The notes under the pieces are model-generated. The model was not told the DNA's origin and made no database searches. It worked only from the letters and a program-made list of their open reading frames with translations. From NCBI GenBank assembly GCA_965202585.1, contig OZ241834.1:22692001-22756000 (forward strand): a stretch of 64,000 nt of DNA, read 5' to 3'. A program made the position numbers and the translations under genes. Positions 12,401 through 24,400 of the stretch are shown here, piece by piece (positions within the stretch are counted from its first letter, which is position 1; each line of letters starts with the position of its first letter). This stretch comes from Thalia democratica (taxonomy: Eukaryota).

Positions 12401-15400
12401 AAGTCAAGACGAACACTGTCTTTAAAAACTAAAGTAAAAAAACCATTAAAAATTAAATCGAATAAAACCTTATCGCCGTCGTTCCACAAGTGCTTGAGGT
12501 AGGCGTAAGACAAGCAGGGCGCTTCAATCGGCAGCTGAAACTTGTTCTCCTCGTCGAAATGGTCGGGGTCGATCCGCAACAAGTTGTCCAGCGTCTTGCG
12601 CGCCAATTTCTGATGTTTATATACAAAAGAATTATTTCAAAGTGTTAGCGGCTCAATTGAAGTTTGAAGACCCATTGTATTTTAAAATTTATTTAGACAA
12701 GTCTATTTTTCAAGTTTATAAGATTTGTTTAGCCTACTAAACTAATTGCCTAAAAATACTAACTTTTTTTGTTATATATGGAAAAAATGTTCAACAGTGT
12801 ATTTGAAGCTACTATTTTACTAAACGTTTGATACTAAGTTTGATACTTTAATTGTAAGTTAAAACTTTTAAATTTATCCACCCTAAACCACTAGAAAACT
12901 CTATCTATGTTTAAAAACATATTAAATCTTAAATTAATTAAAAAGTTAAGGTCGAAAAAACAATTTATCATACTAAAAAATACAGCAAAAACTCCAGCTG
13001 AATCTATTTTCACACAAGTCAATCTTTCAGATAAATCTATTTTCACCTGAGTACAATAAACTCACCACTCTGCCGCTCTTCCTGCACAAGTTGGCGAACT
13101 TCAGACTCGTGTGGAGCTCCTCCGACGGGGACATCACCAGGCTCCTCACTTGAATAATCCGCTGCCAATCCTCCAACTTCCCCTTGTCTATGTCCTGTTA
13201 TGAAAATTTATGTCAAGTCTCTGTTTACATGCCTTGTCAGTATCTTGTAGAGAAAAAAGTAAAGACAAATACAAAAAAAACAAGTTTCGTCATCATTTGT
13301 ATATGTTTGTTGATACGAAGGTGAAAACAGGTAAACGCTTAAAATAAGACTTTCGGCAAATTCTATGTAGCATTGTGATTAAGTTGCAATTAAAGATAAA
13401 AACAATGTTAAAGTTTCAAATCAAAGTGTTGCAAAACGTTTGCTTAAAATAAGACACTCACTTTACACTCATAAAAAAAACATGAAGCTAATTAGCCGGC
13501 AAAATACAGTTGAAACAACTCGCCTGCAAACGCAGCTTCCACAGTTTCTTTATTCCGTCCTTCATGTGCGGGTTTATCTTGCACTTGATGGCTTCTTCCA
13601 GTTCGCTGAGCAGCTGGCAGTTTATTATCGCCTGGTAGGACGCCGTGTGGCTCTCGCCCGCCTGCGCCACCAAATCAGGATCTAAAACTTGCCTCGCCTC
13701 GTGGATGCACTGCGGTTTGTTAAATTGAATTTAAATTGATTGTTTTTTTAGCAATTGGCCAATGGGTCCACTTCTTTTGATTTTAAATATTTGGGAAAAC
13801 AAGTGCTTTCGTAAGCACAGGGTTTGTTAAGATTTTATCTAATTAATGTTTTATAACAAAATGATGCACTTCGGTTTGCAGTGAACTTTTATAAAGAAGG
13901 TCTTACAGATTTTGAATTAATATCGGTTTACAAATTTCCAATGGAAGTACTTGATATTCCGTTATTTTAAAACCTTAGAAAGAAGTACTTCTAATGGCAG
14001 AAATTTTGTTGAAACTCGTATTTAAATAAAATATTAACATAAAAAAATGCCTAGCATTTGTAATTGTAAAACTTAAAAAAAAACATGGTAAGCTTTAAAA
14101 AAAATACTACAGAAAAACAAACTGCTTTTGCTTGCTTGTAGTGTACCCTGTTAACCAAAATAAACAGTAATTGATTAAATAAAAAGTTAAATAAAAAACA
14201 AACTGCTTTTGCTTGCTTGTAGTGTACCCTGTTAACCAAAATAAACAGTAATTGATTAAATAAAAAGTTAAATAAAAAACAAACTGCTTTTGCTTGCTTG
14301 TAGTGGCCCCTGTTGACGGCGCTCACCGCTCGGTACAGCCTCCCGTCGAACTGGTCGCGCGGTATGAAGTTGGCGAACTCGTCCAACGAGTTCCACTCCT
14401 GCAGGCCCCACGCCGACGCCGCCGACAGCTTGGCGATCTTGTGGCGGTAGCAGTCGTCCGCCTGCTGCCACGCTCCAGTGCACAGCTCGTACATCTCGTC
14501 CCACTCACCTGTGTGACGTAATAATGTTAATTATTTTCGATATATTTCTGTTATTCAGGGATAGATCTTATTGGCAGAAAGCTTCCGTCCTAATTGCCTG
14601 TTTGAATTATTTGGATTGATAAAAATAATTTTTATTTATCGCTTGTGGGTGAGATTTAATAGATTTGAATCAGAATTTTATTTGGAGTGATCTCAAAATA
14701 AATTGATGAAATCGTAGAAGAGCTTTCATTAGAAGGATGCTTTATATAATACTAATAGTGATAATAATAATCATAAAATACTTTTTCCAATGGACGCACT
14801 TGTTTTACCAGATCTAGAAAATCTTGGAAAATAAGTGCTCCCATTGGCTTTAGTCCAATTCCCCTGAAAAATGATTAATTGAATAATAAGTAAGTAAACA
14901 ATCTCGCCCCATTTACATATGAGTTTGTCAGGTTTAAACTAATAATTGTTATTTACAGATTACTTGTAATAGAAGAACTTCTTTCAGGGGTTATAAGAAA
15001 TTAAGACAAAAAGTGCTACCATCGGCAATGGGCTTTGAGTAATTATATTACAGCAAATTTGAGAATTTTTATATTTCAATTTATATTAATTTTAAAGGGT
15101 CCTCAGACATGCGCACTTCTGCTTACATCGACAAAGGCTTTACTTGTTAACAGCTAGTTTATATTTTTTGTTGATTGAAACTAATACATGTTTGGATATA
15201 CACAAAAGTATGGGAAGAGAAGTTTAAAGTTACTACTTAATGTTTTAAAAACAATTGAGAGGTAATCATAGAAACAAGAAAAGACTAATTATTTTAAATA
15301 AAACATTTTCAATTCAAACAACTTAAAAAAACTAACCCAGGGCTTCCAAAATTGCTATTTTTTAACCCACTAAAATCTAATCAAAAAAAGACTCAAAAAT

Positions 15401-18400
15401 TACTTATTTAAGATTAAACATAAGTATTTTTATTTTCAAGTCAAACAAATTAACAAAAACCGACCTAGGGCTTCAAGACTCCTCATGTAGCCCTGCTGGT
15501 TGTACGAGTGGCGGTCCTCATTGGACAGCTTGGCCAACTTGGCGTTCTGATTGGTCAATATGTCATCGGGAACGTAGTAGCTGTTGTACGATTGGTTCTG
15601 CATGTTGTCCAGGTAGATTTCCTTCGCCTCTTCCCACCTCCCCAGCATCTCGAACCACTCCACGTCGACACCGTGCGTCGTGTACCTAAGTAAATAGTTT
15701 TGATTAGTTTTGATTTTTATACATGTACCTGAGTAAGTGGGTTTAATTGGTTTTGTGTTTGTACATCTAATCTATACTACTATTTTGATTATGCACATAT
15801 ATATAACATGATTAATACAGGGTTGCCACAGACTGGTCTGAACAAAATTCCTGCATTTTTTCAGCGTCGTATACCTGCGTAAATGTTTTAATTGGGAAAA
15901 ATATTATTATTGTTTCTCAATAAAAACAAAATGAGTTCCATTTTTCATATTAAAAACCAGCGTAAATGCTTTCAATTAATGAAAAATTTATGCGAGGTCG
16001 TATTGAAAAAGTCAGGGTCTTTCTTCGTGTGTGTACGTCAGCCCATTCGCTACAAACGTGGCCAGAGTTTAAAAAACAACAACAAAAACATATTTTTCGC
16101 AAAGTCATTTATTCACTAAGAGCTTCCTACAAACTTCTTCTGGTTCTCGCCCAGCTTCTGCGCCTTGGCCTCCAGCTCCTCCTTGTAGTTCTCCAGCACC
16201 CCGTCGGCGGCTTCCGGCTGACCGAGCTTGGTGTAGCAGTTGATCAGGTCGCCGGTGACGTCGAACGGCATCAGCCGGTCCTCCTCCTCGCACTCCTTCC
16301 TCATCTTCTCCCACCGCTTCTCCTTGTAGTAGAGCGTGCGCGCGTACGCCTTGCAGTCGCGAGCCGTGTTGCCCAGCACTTCCAGCTCGTTCTGTTGGAA
16401 AGTGTTGAGGATTAATACAAATACAGTTCAAGTGATGTGATTGGATAAAACTTTCAGCTGGTTCTTGAAACATTAATGGGAATAAATCAATTAAATTCTG
16501 TTGTTAGAATTTTTTTATCTGAGGTTAAAAAATTTAAATGCATGCTTTTTTTTTAATAATTAGCATACTTAACACTTCCAACTCGTTCTTGTGAAAAAAT
16601 TTAATAGTTTAATAAAGCTAGGTAGTTGGAATACTTTATTAAAGTTTAAGTGCCGAATTTGCTAGCAAGTAATTAATAAGTTTAACACTTCAAGCTCGTT
16701 ATTGGAAAAAAAAGTTGATTTCAACACAATTCAAAATGGTGATATGACTGAACAAAACTTTCAGCTTGTTCTCGACATAAATATTTAAATAAAATATATA
16801 CAAAACTCACCTCAATTGGAAGAGGCCCGATGTCAGTGTACTTCATGAAATCGCACAAATTCAATATGACGTGCTTCACCTGAGAGTTTGAAAATACAAT
16901 TTAATAACAAATTAACTGTCTACATTTGATGTTTTGATGCTCATCGAATTAAGCATTAATAAAAACAGAATCGTCCTGTATGAAAGAATTGTAGTGTAAA
17001 CTTGTATGAACTGTTCACTTGACAATATCTTAATTTAAAAACATTTCAAACTAGCTTATTTTTTTAACCACCTCAAATTAAGTAAAAAATAAATAAAATG
17101 AAAACACTAAAACACGAAAGCAACCTCGGCCGGGCACTCGGGCGACTTGATGGCCGCCATCAGGCTCCTGATGATGGAATCCTGAATTTTCTCGTTCAGG
17201 ATCCGCCAGCAGCTGAGGAAGGCGGCGCTGAAGAGGTTCTGCGCCAGCAAGTTGTGCGAGTTGGCCAGGATGCTGCACGGCCGCAGCGCGAGCGAGGGGG
17301 ACTGCTGGGTGAGCGTCCGGGTCGCCTCCACCATCCACTGGCTCCAGTCCTCCCTCGAAACCGGCTGCTTCTTCGTGAACGCCTGCGTGGAAAATTGGTT
17401 TGATGATTTAAAAGCTTCCTTTTTGCAAACAAATTGCACTTGTTTTGCTGGGTTTTCAAAGTCTGATAAAACAAGTGGTTCCGTCGGCAAAGAAATTTTA
17501 AAAATAGCAGCTAAAAAACTAAATAGGTAGTAATGGCTAATTGATAAAGAAAGAAACAGTCAAAGAAAGTTTCAGTGAGTGCTTTTCACATCAAACTTTG
17601 GAACAACAACAAGCATTTTCAAGTTTAATAAGCAAAAAAAATATTACAAATTCGCTACGTCAAACAAATACGTACTAAAACTAGAAATATTCAAATACTT
17701 TACAAATACGTGGTCGAAAAGATACCTTACGCGCAAATGTTCAATACAACATTGACAATAATTTATTTGTTAACTGGCATGTTAAAAGCGCGAGGAGTTA
17801 CCGCATGTTATCTCACCTGCTGTATGACTTTGCTGTTGGTGATGGGCTTCTTCGGCTCGCTCATGTCGATCACCGTCGCCGTCTTCACCGTCTCGCTGAT
17901 GCTCGGGTCGCAACCCTTCCACAGCACCTCCTCCCCGGCATCCCCCTCCAAACACTCCACCACCCTCAGCACGCCCTCCAGCGACGGCGCCCTGCCCAGC
18001 ACGTGGTGCTGCTTCAAGGCTTTCTTCACGGTGGGCAGCATGACGACGAAGTTCTTGCCGTACTGCCTCGCCGCGGCTTCCAGCGCCGTCAGGATGTGCG
18101 CCAGCACTTTCTCCTCCGAGTACACCTCGAACACCTGTGAGTGAAAGTTGGAAATAAGTTGTGGGAATTTTTTATTACTTTGATACACTTGGTGTACTTC
18201 AAACGCCTGAGAGAAATTCAAAAAGCAATGAAAAAGTTGGTGAGTTAAAAAAAAGATATTTCTCAACTGAAAAACTGAGTTGGAAATGATTTTAACTACT
18301 CAGAAAATGTTTATGCTCAACTGAAAATTTGTACTATACTGTTGTCAGGTTTAGCAACTTTATTCTGTTGAGTGTTAACCGAAATTAATAAATGAACACT

Positions 18401-21400
18401 CAGAATGAATAATTCATCTATAAATTTTCTAAAAGCAATCAGTAGCAAAACATTACTTTTTGACTACTCGCGCAAAATTAAAAAAATAATGAAAAAGTCA
18501 ATGAGTTTAAACTGTGAAGAATGTTCTAAAGGTTATTTTATTCCAAGAATAAAATGAGACTGATAAACTGAAAAAAAATAATTTAAGTTCTACTAATTAT
18601 TGGATTTGGAACTATTACAAATATTTAAAAAAAACCTTCACACAGGAAAACAACACAACTTAAGAGTCAAACTCCGTATTAATAACCAAATAAGTGTGAT
18701 AGCATCAATGGAAAATAAAAATGTTACATTAAAAGTAAAAACAGTTAACCTTGAGCAGGGAGTGAACCACGTTGGACATCATGTACCGCAGGTCCATGCA
18801 GTCGAGGAAGGTCTTCAGCGTTTTCAGGGCCTGAACCCTGGTGTCCGGCAAGCACTTGTGATTGGTTAATAAGTTGAGCAATGAGGGCAGGATTATGCTG
18901 ATGTAGTCGTCCAAGCTCACCGCCACTATCTTCAGCGTTTTCAGAAGCTGAAGAGAAAAAAGCGTTACTTCTAAAACTTCTCAGTAAAATTAAACTCGAA
19001 CATAATGTGCGGCATTACAAATAGCTTGCAACAGATTAGTATGAAAATTACATACAAGATTTTTTTTAAACAGACAAATTTAATTAATTAATCTCGTTTT
19101 GCGTAAGAATCGGTAGAAGTATGCAGCTCGTAAAACTTTTAAGAACTTATAAACTTGAGAGGGTTGAAAAAAATTAAGCAGCACAAGCTTGAACATATGA
19201 AAGCAGTGATGTGTAAAACCAATACAACGGAGGAAAAAATAATATTTCTTAATATTTTAATATTTCATTTTTAATTAATTCACACAAACTGCGACACACC
19301 TCCCTGGTGACGGTCTGGTTGGGCGAGGCGTCGAACTCGAGGATCCGCAGAAAGTGGGCGAGGAGGTTGGGGAGGTGGAACTTGAAGTCGGAGGAGAGGG
19401 CGGAGGAGATGGACCTGACCAGCGAAATGAGCGACTTGGTCAGCTTGTCGTTGCCCCGTTCCCACAACTCCTCCACCGACTGCATTATCAGCGTCGTGTG
19501 CTCCCGGATGTGCTGCTTGATCTCGTCCACGATGTCCGACAGCTGCTTCACGAAAAACTGCGAAAAGTTGAATTTTGAAAAGCTTGTTGAGCAGTGTGGC
19601 TGGGTCAAAAAGTGAAAGGAAAAGCAAACAATAGTAATAATTAAAATTTAATACTAGTTCTGTTAGAATTAGCACTTAGCTTGAATACCTTGAGAACCTT
19701 AAGGTGTAATTTATATATATATATACAGGTATTGTTTATTTTTTAATTTGTAAAAACACTGTAGAACTCTACATAAAAATATAGTGAAAAAAGTATAAAT
19801 TTACTATAAAATTAATAATTGTTAAAAATTACTCCAAAAAATAATTTATATTCTAAAAACAAACGCTCGACTAACGTCTTTCTCTTCAAACTTGGATCCT
19901 TTCAAGGCTTTCAAAAAAGTAGGAATTATTTCTTTCAAGTACGGTATGCATTTCGTGCTTATCCTGCCGAACATTGTCACCAGAGCCTGAACTGCAGCGC
20001 TATAAATAAACAATTTTCTATATTTATTACAAGATATAACAAGATAGAATAAATACAACATATCATATCATTATTTTCATTACCAAAACAGTTGAAAGCT
20101 CATAAAAATGTTCTACGAAATTGACAGGCGTCAAAAACGCACGAAGGATCTCTTTTGCACGACTTGAGTTGCTGAAACTTAAAATCAAAACTAACAGTGT
20201 AATTATTTGTAAGCGTTCAAGTAAAACTAAGCAAACAACACTTGTCAATCTTCTGTCCTTGAAACTAAATATCAAAGTTAAACTTTCGCAACTCATCGAG
20301 CGCTGCAACAAAACAACGAACCGGTGAATGCCCCTCTCCTGGGGATTGGACAGGATCTTGATGAGGGAGCGGACGGCGACGATGGTGAAAAACTCCTCAC
20401 TCTTGCACCCGAACGTGATCACCAGCTCGTTCATCGAGTCCTTGGGCAGCTCGTGTTGCTGTGAGTCGATTTTCAATTAAAACAAAAACAAACGGTTTTG
20501 AAATTATGTTTGAACGTCAACTGAAATCTTGAATCGTTTTAACTCTGCCATGAGAAATTAAATTTATTGTTGTTAAAACAGTAAGTATATAGTAACTGTG
20601 AAGCTAAAAAGAGTACAGCTTGCTTTCAAAAAAAAAACTAAAAAAAACAAGCTTTTAAATTTGTTCACTCATGTTTTTCCTAACAATAAAAACAAAACTC
20701 ATTCAAAATTTTTAAATTCTTAAATACTTTAAAACAACATACAAATTAAATTCCCAATAAAAAATTACTTTTTGGTGATCTTGCTCGGGTTTCTTGCACT
20801 GATCCTCTTCCTTGAGATCGTAGAAGGTCATCTCGTCCCTCCGCACCTGAGTCAGCGTCTCCACTCTCTTGTGCTTGTCGTGTATTCCCAGTATGCCCAG
20901 CACTTTCAACACCTTTGGTTTTTTCAAGTTAACATTATCAATACTTTTTTTTTGTGCACAGCCGTATTTTCGGGCTAAAGCATTGTTTTGCATAAAAATT
21001 TTAAATTTTATAAAAAGTCTTATTTATTAGTAGTATATAGTTTCTGCAAATTTTTTTAAATTTATTAAATCATAACAAGTTCACTTTTATTTTAGATTTC
21101 ACATAAAGCCAAGTTAAACTTTACATGACCTAATACAAGTAAAATAAAAATTCGAAGCATGAACAATAATAAAAAAATGTACCTTCAATCTAAACTTCTG
21201 AGAATACTCGTTGGTCACAAAAGAAAGCAACTTTTTGTGCAAATCAGGGTACTTGTGATAAGGCTCGACGACGTACCCGGTGGACTGGATCAACTTACCT
21301 GCGTATAAGTGTATATAGAATAAAAAATAAAAGGATAAAATATGTAAAAACTATAAAAATTTATCTTTTACAAATAGAGAATCTGGAAGCTGAAAAAACA

Positions 21401-24400
21401 AAACATAACTGATTTTATGCATGCTTTTATATTATAAAACTAAAACCTGGAGTTAGTCTCATTTTATATACTTTTGTTAATAATCTATCACTAACTTTAT
21501 CTATAACAAAGTGTTAAAAAAAATGAAACTAAAACTTTGATTCAAATTAGTTTTTAAATTTTTTATAAAAGCTTAAATATTATTAAATAAAAACTATGCA
21601 TATTCAAGTTTGTTATTTTTACTTTATAAAAAAATTGTTTAAGTTTTCACTGATAAAAACCCACCCAGAGTGACGAGGGCCGCCTGCCGCTTCGTCAGCT
21701 GCTCGTTGGACGACAGCTGGTCGATGACGGTGGGCATGACGTCATCGATGATCGACATCATCTCGCCCCCGCCCACCGCCGCTAGGTGGCCGATGGTGGT
21801 CGTTATGGCGACCGACACGGCGCACGTCTGCTGGGCTTCCTCCCTCAGCTTTTCAATCAGTATCTTCACGGTGGGAATGGCGTAGCGCTGCATGAAGAAG
21901 GGCGCGTTCTTCGCCAGGTGACCTGAAAAAAAAAATTGTTCAACTTGTTGTGTAAAAGTTACTTAAAAAACTCATAAGTAGTTTGTTATACAGGGTTGCC
22001 AAGTGTTTTTGGCAACCCTGCAATCCAGGTTTTCAAAATTTTCTCCAGGTTTTTAAAACTACACGTTTCAGGTGTATTTTGAGTTTTTAGTTAGGTTTAA
22101 GGGAAGAAACTGTGTTAAGTAGCATAAATACATTGAAAAGATACTGAAAAGCTACTTTAAATGATTATATTAATTTTAAAAAATTTGATGATGGCAATTT
22201 TTTTTATCTATATAATAGATTTTTTGTGTCAGATCGAAATTTAACTACTATTGGCAACCCTGATTAAATGAACATTTTTCATTTTACCAATCCTCAGCCT
22301 TTTGAATTCAATTTAAATTTTTGCATTAAATTTTACAAAAGCCTATTCAAGTGGACTTAGTAAAAAAGTAGAAATTTATTTAGCTTACCCATGTTGTTAT
22401 ATATACTGGGTTGCCAAAGATTTTTTGGAATTTTTTTCAGGTTTTGTAAATTTCTTCCAGGTTTTTGAAAGTACAAGTTTTTTTTTGTCCGTTTTTAACA
22501 TAAAATATAGTTAAGTTAAAGTAATTTCATAAACTGTATGAAAAGATACTATAATACTACTTTTAAATGCCTTTTATAACTAATAAAATTTTTAATGCTA
22601 TAAAAACAAATTTTGAACATTAGCCTGCTATTATTGTACTTGATCAAAAACAAACAAGGTTTTTTATTAAACACAAACATATTTCAACAAATTTTCATCA
22701 CTGTGATACAATTATAACAAAATAAACAAAATTAACATGGTGCTATCCTGTTCACCAAAGAAACTGAAGTAAGTAATCAAATATAATTATTGGATGTTTC
22801 GACCAAGAGAAAAGATAATAAATTCATCGCGTCGGTATTCATCACCTTCATTCACAAGTCAATATCTAAATTTCCAATTTCATTGTATCAAGAGGAGAAA
22901 AATTGGTTTAATTAATCTCTTAACTCACAGAGCTAAGAAAATATATTTTCCATAAGTTTTGGAGATTGAAATCAACGTTGTAAAAGAAATGCTAATAAAG
23001 AACGTATATCTTGATCCTTTGATTGATAGAGTTTTAAAAACTGAAAATAACAGATTAAATTACATAAAACCTTGTGGTCCTAAGAAATGTCCAGTTTTTT
23101 TTTTTTAATTTTGCCTTATGCAGGTGAAAAATAGACTCAGATTGAAAGAAACATAAAGAAGTTAACGGGAAAAGTATATCGTGCTGCTAAACCTAGAGTT
23201 ACCTTTACATCATTTTCTGCTTTGAGTCCTAAAGGTAAAGACCTCACATCTAACAAACATAAAAGTTGCGTGGTCTACACGTTTGAATGCTGTTGCTCAA
23301 ACAGCTATAATGATCAACTTCTTAGCACTTTGAAACAAGAATTAAAGAGCACATTCCAAAGTGTGTAAGAGAACATATTAGCAATCAGCCTAAGACAATT
23401 AGTTTAGCAACTTCAAATGAAATGATCGTCAATATCAGAACACATAGTTGAAAATCCGATTTGTGAAAAAATTTATAATGAAACGAAATTTAAAATATTA
23501 AGAAGTTGTAACAATATTTTTGACCTTGTCAAAATTGAAGCCAAATACATTCATTTAAATGAACCAATGTTATGTAACCATAAATATTTTGAATATTCAT
23601 TATCATTGTTTAGTTAATTAGTGTATCATGTTATATCTAAGTTAGTTTACTTAGAACTTCAATTACTTGTTTGTTTTGAGTAGTGCTTGATTAACTAATT
23701 TCTGATGCAATTATAAGGCTATTTAACTCTTTATTTTGTTTCAATTGTATCACACAGATGCAACTGTGTTGAAACATATTTGTGTTTAATAAAAAGCCTT
23801 TTTTTTTTTTCTGTTTTTTTAATATTGTATTTGATAAATTTTTCGTATATAATTAAATTTTATTACTTTATATGTAATTTTATTGCAGGTTTTTTAGTGA
23901 ACTTTGTTTTAAGTTTTTTGGCAACCCTGTCACACTTTAATACATTTACAAAGAAAACATCGGCGAAAGTCTACAGAGCCTGGACTATCGTATGCCGTGA
24001 GACAACCTCAAGTTAGCATAAAAACGACACAAGTATTTTTCGGTTGCCACTCACTGACAAGCTTCAATAAGAACGAAATCCAGGTCAGTCAACCAAAACC
24101 TGGTGGTCTAATGATCGAATTGGTGTGATCAAACTTTTATGCTAACTTTAATAAATAAGTTGGATTCAGTTTAAAATTAATAATACTTTTAAATATCATG
24201 TTTTAAATAAATGAAATCAACTTTAACTTTATATGATGAATTTTTCAATTAATAAATTGGAAGATCCAAGCCTTCATTTTTTAAAACTTCCTGCTTATTT
24301 TATTCTTTTAGCATGAAGGTGATTAAAAATTGCAAAAATAAAAACATTGCATTATTTGTGATTTAAGGTGACCACATAAAAATTAATTCTATGATTACGT

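Noticed and set aside
15966-18144. Many 60-150 aa ORFs antisense or out of frame to exons (e.g. 15966-16415, 17710-18144, also 52675-53043 and 60100-60447)
   Set aside because: Shadow ORFs caused by GC3-rich codon usage of the real minus-strand exons.
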